From an uncultured Actinomycetota bacterium (GTDB taxonomy: Bacteria; Actinomycetota; Actinomycetes; DATJPE01): 64,000 bases of DNA. The notes under the pieces were generated by a model. The model did no database searches. It saw only the letters and a program-made list of their open reading frames with translations, and was not told the DNA's origin. Location: the NCBI GenBank assembly GCA_963819985.1, contig CAWFYH010000005.1, positions 531,710-595,709 on the forward strand, read 5' to 3'. A program made the translations under genes and the position numbers. Below are positions 10,423 through 20,201 of this stretch, one piece after another; position 1 is the first letter of the stretch, and the number at the start of each line of letters is the position of its first letter.

Positions 10423-10587
10423 TCAGGATGCACTCGGGATGGGCCGCTTGAGATAGGCGACGAGCTGCTCGGGATTTGGTCCGGGCACCACCTGGACCAG
10501 CTCCCAACCATCCGAGCCCCAGGTGTCGAGGATCTGCTTGGTGGCGTGCACCAGCAAGGGGACGGTCGCGTATTCCCAGGTCGTCAT
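10423..10587 (-). CDS. DUF4177 small protein (54 aa; absent from ORF track)
   Basis: MTTWEYATVPLLVHATKQILDTWGSDGWELVQVVPGPNPEQLVAYLKRP; TAGGGT 6 nt before ATG. Confidence 0.9.
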   Translation of the reverse strand: MTTWEYATVPLLVHATKQILDTWGSDGWELVQVVPGPNPEQLVAYLKRPIPSAS

Positions 10588-10689
10588 GCCCGCACCCTAG
10601 CCGCCGCGTCAGCCATCCTGCCTCTCCCCGCGACCCCTCGACCCGACGTGAGTCGAGCCGGTCTGAGGTGAGCCGCCTAGGGTTGAGCC

Positions 10690-11667
10690 ATGGGCGACTG
10701 GGACGGCGTCAGCCTGCACATCGTCACTGGCAAGGGTGGGACGGGCAAAACAACGGTCGCCGCAGCACTGGCCTTGGCGCTGGCATCCGGCGGGCGCAAG
10801 ACCTTGATCGTCGAGATCGAGGGCCGCCAGGGTGTGGCCCGACTGTTCGACACCGACCCGCTGCCATACGAAGAGCGCAAGGTGGCCGTCGCCCCGGGAG
10901 GCGGGGACGTCTACGCGCTGGCCGTCGACACCGAGGCGGCGCTGCTGGAATACCTCGAGATGTACTACAAGATGGGTCGCGCCGGTCGGCTGCTCAAGAA
11001 GATCGGTGCGGTCGACTTCGCGACCACGGTCGCGCCCGGTCTGCGAGATGTGCTGCTCACCGGCAAGGTCTACGAGGCGGTCGGCCGACGCCGATCGGGC
11101 CGCCGGGAGTACGACGCCGTGATCCTGGACGGGCCCCCCACAGGTCGGATCACCCGGTTTCTCAACGTGAACACCGAGGTCGCCGGGCTGGCCCGCACAG
11201 GTCCGTTGCGAACTCAGGCCGATTCGATCATGGGTCTGCTCACATCGAAGCGGACCGCGGTGCACCTCGTGAGCCTGCTCGAGGAGATGCCCGTGCAGGA
11301 GACCATCGACGGAGTGGCAGAACTGACCGCCGCCGGTCTACCCGTGGGAGGCATCGTGGTCAACATGATGCGTCAACCCCCGCTTCGCCCCGCGCAGCTG
11401 AGCGCCGTCGCCAAGGGCAAGGTCGACACGGCCGAGGTTGCCGGCGGCTTGGCGTCTGCCGGCCTTCCGGACGGACCGGGAGAAGTTGCTGCATTGCTGG
11501 ACGAGGGCGCCGATCTGGCTGCGCGGGTGGCCTTGGAGAAGCGCGAACGACGCAAGCTGAGTGCGCTGGCCCTGCCCACCTACGAGCTCCCGCTGCTCCC
11601 CGACGACATGGATCTTGCTGGGCTCTACGACCTCGGACTGGCGCTGAGCGACCAGGGTGCAACGTGA
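10690..11667 (+). CDS. ArsA/Get3-related P-loop ATPase
   Basis: TGKGGTGKTT, DGPPTGRI. Confidence 0.9.
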   Translation: MGDWDGVSLHIVTGKGGTGKTTVAAALALALASGGRKTLIVEIEGRQGVARLFDTDPLPYEERKVAVAPGGGDVYALAVDTEAALLEYLEMYYKMGRAGRLLKKIGAVDFATTVAPGLRDVLLTGKVYEAVGRRRSGRREYDAVILDGPPTGRITRFLNVNTEVAGLARTGPLRTQADSIMGLLTSKRTAVHLVSLLEEMPVQETIDGVAELTAAGLPVGGIVVNMMRQPPLRPAQLSAVAKGKVDTAEVAGGLASAGLPDGPGEVAALLDEGADLAARVALEKRERRKLSALALPTYELPLLPDDMDLAGLYDLGLALSDQGAT

Positions 11668-12833
11668 GTCGCCTCGTGCCGTTCCCTGGCCATCCGAGTC
11701 CTCCCTACCTCGACGTCGACGCCCTCATCGACGATCCGGCGACGCGCACCATCGTGTGCTGCGGCTCAGGTGGTGTCGGCAAGACCACGACTGCGGCCGC
11801 CATCGCCTTGCGCGCTGCGGAGCGCGGACGTTCGGTGGTCGTCCTCACCATTGATCCGGCGAGACGCTTGGCTCAGGCGATGGGCTTGTCCGAGCTCGGC
11901 TACGAGCCGCACGCCGTCCGCGGTGTCGACGCGAGCTCGTCGGGGTCCCTCGACGCGATGATGCTGGACATGAAACGGACCTTCGACGAGATCGTTTGTG
12001 CGCACACTGACGCCGAACGCGCTGAAGCTATCCTGGCCAACCCGTTCTACCAGTCCCTGTCCTCGTCGTTCTCCGGCACCCAGGAATACATGGCCATGGA
12101 GAAGCTCGGGCAGCTACGCGCTCAGGCTGATCAGGACGATCGTTGGGATCTCATCGTCGTCGACACGCCGCCCTCACGGTCCGCCCTGGACTTCCTGGAC
12201 GCCCCGCAGCGGTTGGGGTCGTTCCTGGATGGTCGGTTCATCCGCATCCTGCTCGCTCCCGCCAAGGTCGGCGGACGCGCCTACCTGCGGGCCTTCGGAG
12301 CCGGGCTCGGCGCAGTTACGTCCGTGTTGACGCGAGTGATCGGGGCCCAGATCCTCAAAGACCTGCAGACCTTCGTGGCAGCACTCGACTCCACGTTCGG
12401 GAGTTTCCGCGAGCGTGCGGATGAGACGTACGCGCTGCTCAAGGCTCCGGGGACCGCCTTCCTCGTCGTGGCGGCACCAGAGCCGGACGCCTTGCGCGAG
12501 GCGTCGTACTTCGTCGAGCGGCTGGCGGCAGACGGCATGCCGCTCGCCGGCCTCGTGGTGAATCGCGTTCACACTCCGCGTTCTCGCTTGACCGCGCCGC
12601 AAGCCCGAGCCGGGGCTGAACGGCTCACGGAAGCAGGCGAGCATGCGCTGACGGCGGGGTTGCTGACCATCCATGCCGACCTGGCGACCCGCTCGACGAA
12701 CGAACGACGGCTAGTGGCCCGATTCGCCGCCGCACACCCCCTCGTGCCACAGGTGGCCGCCCCGGCCCAGTCGGTCGACATCCACGACTTGCCCGGTTTG
12801 CGGGGCATTGCCGAAGCGTTGGCAGCTCGCTGA
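11664..12833 (+). CDS. ArsA/Get3-family ATPase (partner subunit)
   Basis: CGSGGVGKTT, TIDPARRLA, DTPPSRSALDFL; GTG 11664 overlaps the upstream TGA. Confidence 0.9.
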   Translation: MSRLVPFPGHPSPPYLDVDALIDDPATRTIVCCGSGGVGKTTTAAAIALRAAERGRSVVVLTIDPARRLAQAMGLSELGYEPHAVRGVDASSSGSLDAMMLDMKRTFDEIVCAHTDAERAEAILANPFYQSLSSSFSGTQEYMAMEKLGQLRAQADQDDRWDLIVVDTPPSRSALDFLDAPQRLGSFLDGRFIRILLAPAKVGGRAYLRAFGAGLGAVTSVLTRVIGAQILKDLQTFVAALDSTFGSFRERADETYALLKAPGTAFLVVAAPEPDALREASYFVERLAADGMPLAGLVVNRVHTPRSRLTAPQARAGAERLTEAGEHALTAGLLTIHADLATRSTNERRLVARFAAAHPLVPQVAAPAQSVDIHDLPGLRGIAEALAAR

Positions 12834-12837
12834 GCGC

Positions 12838-13146
12838 CTAGGCCCCCACCGAACAATCGATCGACGTGAGGGATCCTTCGTAGTCGTCACGCGCGGTCTC
12901 GAGCAGCCGCCGCCAGGACGTGACGTGTGGTCGGCGGCGCAGCAGGGCTCTGCGCTCGCGCTCGGTCATGCCTCCCCACACGCCGAACTCGACTCGATGG
13001 TCGAGCGCATCGGCCAAGCACTCGGTGCGGACCGGGCAGCCGCTGCAGACGGCTTTGGCGCGATTCTGCGCCGCCCCCTGAACGAACAGCTCGTCCGGGT
13101 CAGCGGCCTTGCAGGCCGCTCGCGCGCTCCAGTCTGCTTCCCACAT
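12838..13146 (-). CDS. WhiB-family Fe-S regulator (WhiB4/WblA type)
   Basis: C..DELFVQGAAQNRAKAVCSGCPVRTEC, FGVWGGMTERERR; divergent from ponA. Confidence 0.92.
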   Translation of the reverse strand: MWEADWSARAACKAADPDELFVQGAAQNRAKAVCSGCPVRTECLADALDHRVEFGVWGGMTERERRALLRRRPHVTSWRRLLETARDDYEGSLTSIDCSVGA

Positions 13147-13351
13147 GTTGCGGAAGGTACGGAAGTTGATGGTGCGCACGACAGGCCCGAACGGCCGATT
13201 GTGTCGTAGTCATTAATGACTATGGACACCGCCACACTCGCCACATTCGTCACATGAGTCACACCCGTGAACTGAAGGTTCGACCAGGATTGCCGGCCTG
13301 CGGCGACCGTCCGATCAGGGCGAAACTACGCGGGTCACGTACTCTCGGTCC

Positions 13352-15733
13352 ATGTCCGCGGTGTCCAAAACGAGCTCCACGCTCTCGCGGATGGCGCTGT
13401 TCGTGGCGGTCAGCATGGTGTCCGGAGTGCTGGTAGCCGGTCTGATGCTGCCCGTCGTCGGTTCGGTGGGTCTCGCGGCCCGGGCGGCCTCGGACGGCTT
13501 CCAGGAGATTCCCGACGTCCTTCAGCCACCGGCCCTGCCCGAGCAGTCGGTCCTGCTGGCCGCCGACGGCTCGCGCCTGGCGACCTTCTACAGCGAGAAC
13601 CGCATCGTCGTGGGGATCGACAAGATCAACCCGTTGCTGCAACAGGCAGTCGTGGCCGTCGAGGACGCCCGGTTCTACGAGCACAACGGGGTCGACCTTC
13701 GGGGCACCCTTCGCGCCCTGGCCGCCAACAGGAAGTCCGGGGAGATCCAGCAGGGCGGTTCCACGCTGACCATGCAATACGTGAAGAACGTGCTCGTGAC
13801 CGCCGCTACCACCGACGAGGAGCTCGCGGCTGCGCGCGAGGACAGTGTGAGCCGCAAGCTCAACGAGTGGCGGCTCGCCATCGGCTTGGAGAAGCGCTGG
13901 TCCAAGCAGCAGATCCTGGAGGGTTACCTCAACATCGCCTATTTTGGCGCAGGCACGTACGGCGCCGAAGCCGCCTCGCGGCGCTACTTCTCCAGGCACG
14001 CGGCCAACCTCGACCTTCCCCAGGCGGCCCTGTTGGCAGGGATCGTGCAACAACCAGTCGCGTTCGACCCCTTGCGCAACCCCAAGAACGCGCGCGACCG
14101 GCGCAACGTCGTGCTGCAGCGCATGCTCGACCAGGGCTACATCACGCCTGCGGAATACACGGCCGCAGTTGCGACGTCCATCAAGTCCTCGCTGAAGCCC
14201 AAGGACCTGCGCAACGGCTGCTCCTCGACGTATGCGCCGTACTTCTGCGACTACGTCTACCAAGTCATTCTCAATGATCCGGTCTTCGGCGAGACCCCTG
14301 ACGACCGCGATGCCTTGCTCAAGCGCGGCGGACTCGTCATCCACACGACGTTGGTTCCCAAGACACAGAAGGCCACTCAGAAGGCCGTGGACGCTGCGAT
14401 CCCGCGCAAGGATCCGAGCAAGAAGGTGGCCACCGCCGTCTTCGTGCAGCCCGGCACGGGTGATATTCAAGCGATGGCCGAGAACCGCAACTACGGGTTC
14501 AGCAAGAAGCTGGGCATCACCTCGATCAACTATGCGGTCGACGCGAAGTACAACGGCTCTGTTGGCCTCCAGGCCGGCTCAACGTTCAAGGCCTTCACGC
14601 TCACGGCCGCGCTGGAGGCCGGCATCCCGGTCAACGAGCGGATCAATGCTTCCAACCCCAAGGTCTTCCCAGCCGGGAGCTTCTCCAACTGCAAGACTGG
14701 GGCACCTTTCCCGGAATACATCGGCCACAACTCCACGAGCAGCGGCACGATGGACATGCGGCAGGCCACGGCTTACTCCGTCAACACCTATTTCGTCGAG
14801 CTCGAGCGGCGGGCCGGGCTGTGCGAGACCGCAGCGGCTGCCCGGGCACTGGGCGTGCGCAGCGCTCTCGGCAAGAAGATCGACCCCGTGCCAACGTTCA
14901 CCCTGGGGACCTCGAGCGTCTCCCCGCTGACCATGGCCGAGGCCTACGCAACGCTGGCGGCGAGCGGGCTGCGCTGCGACTCGCGCGCTATCACCTCGAT
15001 CACCACCCGAGAGGGCACCGAGCTCCCCGTCCCGGCCAGACGGTGCAAGCAAGCCATCGACAGCGGCGTGGCCGACGGGGTGAGCAGTCTCCTCGCGGGG
15101 GTCATCGACGGGAGCATCCCAGGTCGCACCGGCCAGGCCATGAGCCTGGGGCGACCGGCCGCCGGGAAGACCGGGACCACCGAGGAGAACGCGACCGTCT
15201 GGTTCTGCGGATACACGCCCGACCTGGCTGGCGTCGTCGCGGTGGTGGACCAGCGCAGCGGAGTCGCTCACCCGCTGCGGAATGTCACGATCAACGGCCG
15301 GTTCTATCCGGTTGTGTACGGCGGCCAGTTCGCCGGGCCGATCTGGAAGCGGATCATGCTCGCTGCGTTGAAGAAGGTGCCGCCCACGCCATTCCCGGCG
15401 ATCGATCCATCCGTGGTCAAGGGAGTCACGGTCCGCATCCCCAGCCTGGTCGGCCTTGACCCCGACAACGCCGTGGCACAGCTGCAGTCGTTGGGGCTGA
15501 GCCCGCGGATCGACGCGAAGCCCGTGGAGTCCGGCCTCCCAGAGGGCACCGTCGCCTATACCAACCCCGGCGCGGGCAGCTCGGTGAGCTCGGGACGCGA
15601 AGTCGTCATCTACGTCAGCTCGGGCGTGCCACCGCCACCCAAGCCGGAGAAGTCGCCCAAGCCCGACAAGTCACCGACCGACGGCCCGACCGCCAGTCCC
15701 AAGCCCGACCCCACGGGATCACCCAGCCCGTGA
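13352..15733 (+). CDS. ponA: Class A penicillin-binding protein with PASTA domain
   Basis: EDARFYEHNGVD, QGGSTLTMQYVKN, STFK, SVN, KTG motifs. Confidence 0.93.
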   Translation: MSAVSKTSSTLSRMALFVAVSMVSGVLVAGLMLPVVGSVGLAARAASDGFQEIPDVLQPPALPEQSVLLAADGSRLATFYSENRIVVGIDKINPLLQQAVVAVEDARFYEHNGVDLRGTLRALAANRKSGEIQQGGSTLTMQYVKNVLVTAATTDEELAAAREDSVSRKLNEWRLAIGLEKRWSKQQILEGYLNIAYFGAGTYGAEAASRRYFSRHAANLDLPQAALLAGIVQQPVAFDPLRNPKNARDRRNVVLQRMLDQGYITPAEYTAAVATSIKSSLKPKDLRNGCSSTYAPYFCDYVYQVILNDPVFGETPDDRDALLKRGGLVIHTTLVPKTQKATQKAVDAAIPRKDPSKKVATAVFVQPGTGDIQAMAENRNYGFSKKLGITSINYAVDAKYNGSVGLQAGSTFKAFTLTAALEAGIPVNERINASNPKVFPAGSFSNCKTGAPFPEYIGHNSTSSGTMDMRQATAYSVNTYFVELERRAGLCETAAAARALGVRSALGKKIDPVPTFTLGTSSVSPLTMAEAYATLAASGLRCDSRAITSITTREGTELPVPARRCKQAIDSGVADGVSSLLAGVIDGSIPGRTGQAMSLGRPAAGKTGTTEENATVWFCGYTPDLAGVVAVVDQRSGVAHPLRNVTINGRFYPVVYGGQFAGPIWKRIMLAALKKVPPTPFPAIDPSVVKGVTVRIPSLVGLDPDNAVAQLQSLGLSPRIDAKPVESGLPEGTVAYTNPGAGSSVSSGREVVIYVSSGVPPPPKPEKSPKPDKSPTDGPTASPKPDPTGSPSP

Positions 15734-15757
15734 CGGGTTGCCGAGGAGATCTGAACC

Positions 15758-16732
15758 ATGCGAGCTGCCGTCCACCGCAGGTATGGCCCGCCGGAGGTGT
15801 TGTCGGTCGAGGACGTGCCTCGTCCGGTCCCGGCCCCCGACGAGCTGCTCGTCAAGGTCAACGCGAGCACCGTGAACCGCACCGACTGTGGCTTCCGCTC
15901 GGCAACCCCGGCCTTCGTCCGTGCGTTCAGCGGGCTACGGAAACCCAAGCAGCCGATCCTCGGCAGTGAGTTCGCAGGGACGGTGGAGCAGGTCGGCTCC
16001 ACGGTGAGTGCCTTCTCGGTCGGGGACCGCGTCTTCGGAGTGAACGCCGACAGGTTCGGGGCAAATGCGGAGTACGTCTGCGTGCGAGAAACCGCTCCGA
16101 TCGCGCGGACCCCGGAGTGCCTGAGCGACGTCGAGGCGGCGTCGATGAGTGATGGCTTCGTCCTGGCGTTCACGTGCCTGACCTGGGGCAAGGTCGGCAA
16201 GGGTCAGCGAGTCCTCATCTATGGAACGTCGGGTTCGATTGGATCCGCGAGCGTTCAACTGGCCAAACACCTCGGCGCCGAGGTGACGGCGGTTTGCCCG
16301 ACCCATGCTGTCGAAACCGTGGGCTCACTCGGACCCGACCACGTCATCGACTACCAGCGCGAAGACTTCACCGCCAAGAAGGACGCCTACGACATCGTGC
16401 TCGACGCTGTTGGCAAGAGCACCTACGGCAGGTGCAAGGACTCGTTGGTTGACACCGGGAAGTTCCTGTCGACGGACCTCGGAGTGAAGTACCAGAACGT
16501 CGGGCTAGCCCTGACCACCCGCTTTGCCGGAAAGCGGGTGATGATTCCGCTGCCGCGCTATCGGCAGGACAAGATCCTCGCGCTGAAGGAGCTGGTCGAG
16601 CAGGGCGCCTTCCGGGCGTTGATCGACCGTGCCTACCCCCTCGAGGACGTGGTTGAGGCCACCCGATACGTCGAGACCGAACAGAAGATCGGGAATGTTG
16701 TGCTGACCATCGGGGACGCGACGAACACCTAG
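15758..16732 (+). CDS. NAD(P)-dependent medium-chain dehydrogenase / quinone oxidoreductase-like
   Basis: YGPPEVL, ILGSEFAG, GTSGSIGS. Confidence 0.85.
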   Translation: MRAAVHRRYGPPEVLSVEDVPRPVPAPDELLVKVNASTVNRTDCGFRSATPAFVRAFSGLRKPKQPILGSEFAGTVEQVGSTVSAFSVGDRVFGVNADRFGANAEYVCVRETAPIARTPECLSDVEAASMSDGFVLAFTCLTWGKVGKGQRVLIYGTSGSIGSASVQLAKHLGAEVTAVCPTHAVETVGSLGPDHVIDYQREDFTAKKDAYDIVLDAVGKSTYGRCKDSLVDTGKFLSTDLGVKYQNVGLALTTRFAGKRVMIPLPRYRQDKILALKELVEQGAFRALIDRAYPLEDVVEATRYVETEQKIGNVVLTIGDATNT

Positions 16733-17226
16733 TCGGTCATCCCCAGCTGGCTGCGTACCTCCGCTGCAACCCGACCGCCCTCCGCGCGGCCACTGATCGT
16801 TGGTTGCACGAGCTTCATCACCGACCCCATCGCTCGTGGCCCCTCCGCCCCGGCAGCCACCGCCTCGGCAACAGCCGCGGCCACGATCGCGCTCAGCTCC
16901 TCGTCGCCCAGCTGTGCGGGGAGATAGCCAGCGAGCACGTCGCCCTCCGCCCGCTCGCGCTCGGCGAGTTCTGGTCGACCCCCGTCGCTGAACGCCTCGG
17001 CCGCCTCACGTCGCTTCTTCGCCTCCCGCCTCAGAACGCCGACGACCTCCTCGTCGGAGAGCGTGCGAGACGCTTTGCCGGCAACCTCCTCGTTGGTCAC
17101 CGCCGTCATGGCCATGCGCAACGTCGAGGTACGGAGCTCGTCGCGGGCTCGCATGGCCGCGATCATGTCGTCACGAAGTCGCTGCTTCAGGTCGGAAGGC
17201 GGGTCGGAGGTCATGTCTGGGGTCAT
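16729..17226 (-). CDS. GatB/YqeY domain protein
   Basis: REAKKRREAAEAF, YLPAQL, RAMGSVMK; start approximate. Confidence 0.9.
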   Translation of the reverse strand: MTPDMTSDPPSDLKQRLRDDMIAAMRARDELRTSTLRMAMTAVTNEEVAGKASRTLSDEEVVGVLRREAKKRREAAEAFSDGGRPELAERERAEGDVLAGYLPAQLGDEELSAIVAAAVAEAVAAGAEGPRAMGSVMKLVQPTISGRAEGGRVAAEVRSQLGMTD

Positions 17227-17294
17227 GCCGACATCCTCGCCGATGATCTTCGTCACAGGCATGCCGGGCGGCAGATGGGGGAGGATGACTCACC

Positions 17295-18200
17295 ATGCGG
17301 TCATCTTCACTCATCGGCAGGGCGGTCACGGCAGGCGCATTGGTCGGGCTCGGATCCTTCGCCTACGCGGCGCTGTACGAGGTGCGCGCGTTTCGTCTCC
17401 GCCGGGTTACCGTGCCCGTGCTGCCTGCCGACGCGACGCCGATCCGGATCCTGCAGGTCACTGACCTTCACCTGACCCCGACTCAGCCGGCCAAGCGCGC
17501 CTGGGTGCACTCGCTGGCAGCTCTCCAGCCCGACCTCGTGATCAACACCGGAGACAACCTCGCCCACGTCGATGCGGTGCCCGAGGTGCTGGACGCGCTC
17601 GGTCCGCTGCTCGACCTTCCGGGCGCGTTCGTGCTGGGCTCCAACGACTACTACAGCCCGGTCCTCAAAAACCCGTTTCGCTACGTTGCAGGTGACACCG
17701 GTGGTACGGCGGGCCGCAGGATCGACCTCCCGTGGGGTGATCTCGTCTCGGGTCTGAGCGCTGGTGGCTGGTCGGACCTGACCAACGCCCGCGCCTCGAT
17801 CAAGGTGGATGGCCTGAAGATTGCGCTGCGGGGAGTCGACGACCCGCACATCGATCGGGATGACTACTCAGCCGTGGCTGGGCCAGCCGCTGACGAGGAC
17901 GCGGACCTCTCCCTTGGGGTGGTGCACGCTCCGTACCATCGGATCACCGACGCGATGGCCCTCGACGGTGTACCCCTGGTCCTTGCTGGACATACCCATG
18001 GCGGTCAGGTCTGCGTGCCGTTCTACGGCGCACTGGTGTCCAACTGCGACCTCGACCCGCGGCGGGCCAAGGGCCTTTCCCGGCACAGCGACGACACCTG
18101 GCTGCACGTGTCGGCCGGCGTCGGCACTTCGCCATATGCCCCGTTCCGCTTCGCGTGCCCCCCGGAAGCCACCCTGCTCACTCTCATCCCCGCCGGCTGA
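17295..18200 (+). CDS. Metallophosphoesterase
   Basis: DLH, TGDN, GSND, GHTHGGQ. Confidence 0.92.
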   Translation: MRSSSLIGRAVTAGALVGLGSFAYAALYEVRAFRLRRVTVPVLPADATPIRILQVTDLHLTPTQPAKRAWVHSLAALQPDLVINTGDNLAHVDAVPEVLDALGPLLDLPGAFVLGSNDYYSPVLKNPFRYVAGDTGGTAGRRIDLPWGDLVSGLSAGGWSDLTNARASIKVDGLKIALRGVDDPHIDRDDYSAVAGPAADEDADLSLGVVHAPYHRITDAMALDGVPLVLAGHTHGGQVCVPFYGALVSNCDLDPRRAKGLSRHSDDTWLHVSAGVGTSPYAPFRFACPPEATLLTLIPAG

Positions 18201-18259
18201 GGCCCCTGCCGAGTGGAAGTTGGGGGCGGGCCTGCCCGGCGGCTATCCTCAGCATGCTT

Positions 18260-18333
<74 letters not shown>

Positions 18334-18342
18334 CACAGTGAG

Positions 18343-18386
18343 TGGGGCCCCTGGTCTGCGGAGACGCGACCGGGGGCCTTCTCTTT
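18343..18386 (+). terminator. Probable terminator after tRNA-Pro
   Basis: GGCCCCCTGGTC...GACCGGGGGCC stem followed by TTCTCTTT. Confidence 0.7.
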
Positions 18387-18503
18387 CGCCGCAGAGTCTG
18401 GCACCCCGTCCGCGGCGACGTGCCCCCGAGCCGGGATATGAGACGAAGGCGCCTCCCGCTTGAGGCACGAGCCCAAAAATGAGTAGCACCATTGCCCACG
18501 CGC

Positions 18504-18561
18504 CGAATGGCAACGAACGGGGCAATCTGAGCGGTCCAATCGCCCCGTTCGCTGCCATTCG
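18504..18561. repeat. 58-nt imperfect palindrome (REP-like)
   Basis: CGAATGGCAACGAACGGGGC ... GCCCCGTTCGCTGCCATTCG. Confidence 0.75.
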
Positions 18562-18888
18562 TCGAGTCACTTCGCCATTCACGACGCAGTCTTCGCGCAG
18601 AGTTCCCTCGCGCGAGTCCGGGTTCCATCGGGTCAAACCGCACCAGCCGACGAAGACGTCATCGGAGATTCGGTCAATCGCCAGCCGAGCGCCGCTGCCC
18701 TCGTCCTCGATCTGCCGGCACGCCGCGATGAAGCGGTCGGCGCGCGCGCGTTCGCTCCACGGTGGGGCGTCCCAGTAGCGCAGCACGGATGCGTCGCTCT
18801 GCAACGCGAAGAGCGCGCCAGCGTCCCGGGCGTTGAACGGTCGCAACCGCAAGCGGGCGGTGTGCAGCGCCGGGGTGGGCAGCGCCAT
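18562..18888 (-). pseudogene. RimJ/RimL-type GNAT acetyltransferase remnant
   Basis: LHTARLRLRPF...WCGLTRWNPD joined directly to REGTLREDCVVNGEV; acetyl-CoA motif region and C-terminus missing. Confidence 0.75.
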
Positions 18889-19210
18889 GCGAGCCACACT
18901 GCCCACTCGGGAAGTGCCGCACCGGTCGCCGTTCTAGCTCGCTACCCACGTGTTCGTTTAGAGGGGTACGTACTCCTGCCTAGCCGCTCATTGAGCCACC
19001 AGCGACCCACCCGCGTTGCTTCTCGTCGTCGGACCCGAGCAGCCCAGTCGCCCCTGCGCATGCGATCCCCTCGATCTCGTGACTGGTGGGTCGACCGGCC
19101 GCAGACGTGACGGGCCCGGGCTCGGCCATTTCTGGACGCTTCAGGAACCTTCGATCGCGGTCGAAGATCACTAGGACAACTGCCGTACGACTGCCGGGGG
19201 GTCAACCGCG

Positions 19211-20194
19211 GTGAGCCTCACCTCGCCCACCGACGTCGAATCGCGCCCGGCCGCTGACACGGGTGGGATTGCGACCCTGGTGTCACGCCAGCTCGTCGAC
19301 AACGTCCAGCTGGTGGTGCGGGGCCGCGAGCGAAGCGTCCATCTGATCGCTGCCGCGATGCTGTCCGGTGGGCACGTGCTGCTCGAGGACGTTCCCGGCA
19401 GCGGTAAGACCACCCTGGCCCGCGCCTTCGCTGCTTCGGTGGGTGGCAGCTTCGGTCGCATCCAAGGGACTCCTGACCTGATGCCCGCCGACATCACCGG
19501 ATCGAGCATGTGGATCCCCACCGACCAGGCCTTCACGTTCGTCCCCGGCCCGGTCTTCGCCCACGTCGTTCTGGTCGACGAGATCAACCGGACGCCGCCG
19601 CGTACGCAAGCCGCCTTCCTCGAGGTCATGGACGAGGCAGCGGTCACCGTGGACGGGCGCCGTCACCCTGTCCCTGACCCGTTCTTCGTCCTAGCAACGC
19701 AAAACCCGCTGGAGCAGCACGGCACCTATCCCCTGCCCGAAGGCCAGCTAGACCGCTTCGCCCTGCGTCTGCGGCTGGGTCAGCTCGACCTCGCGTCAGA
19801 GACTCGCGTCGTCCGCGAACAGCTGGCCCATCCAACGGTGGACGATCTGGGAGCGGTCACAACAGCCCGCGAGCTCCGAGCGGCACTGCACGAGGTCCGA
19901 AGCCTGCACGTCGCCGAACCAGTGCTCGACTACGCCGTGGAGGTCACCCGGGCCACCCGCGCCGACCCCCGCGTCCATCTCGGAGCGAGCTCGCGAGCCG
20001 CGATCGCTCTGGTGCGCGTGGCCCAGGCATGGGCGGTCGGACAGCGACGTCACTACGTCGTCCCCGATGACATCAAAGCGGTGGCCACGGCCGTGCTGGC
20101 CCATCGCTTGATGATGCAGCCGGCGCACCTGGAGCAGGACGAGCAGGTCGTCGGGGACTGCCTGCAACGGGTGGCCGTTCCCGTCGGTCGGTGA
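19211..20194 (+). CDS. MoxR-family AAA+ ATPase
   Basis: LLEDVPGSGKT, DEINRTPPRTQ, ATQNP, YPLPEGQLDRF. Confidence 0.93.
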   Translation: MSLTSPTDVESRPAADTGGIATLVSRQLVDNVQLVVRGRERSVHLIAAAMLSGGHVLLEDVPGSGKTTLARAFAASVGGSFGRIQGTPDLMPADITGSSMWIPTDQAFTFVPGPVFAHVVLVDEINRTPPRTQAAFLEVMDEAAVTVDGRRHPVPDPFFVLATQNPLEQHGTYPLPEGQLDRFALRLRLGQLDLASETRVVREQLAHPTVDDLGAVTTARELRAALHEVRSLHVAEPVLDYAVEVTRATRADPRVHLGASSRAAIALVRVAQAWAVGQRRHYVVPDDIKAVATAVLAHRLMMQPAHLEQDEQVVGDCLQRVAVPVGR

Positions 20195-20201
20195 CCGACC
20201 G

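Noticed and set aside
10690-12833. Arsenic resistance operon
   Set aside because: No arsB/acr3/arsC; this is the conserved Get3-like pair next to whiB and ponA
18940-19205. Short ORFs between the GNAT remnant and moxR
   Set aside because: No SD, no recognisable motif and mutually overlapping; cannot be supported
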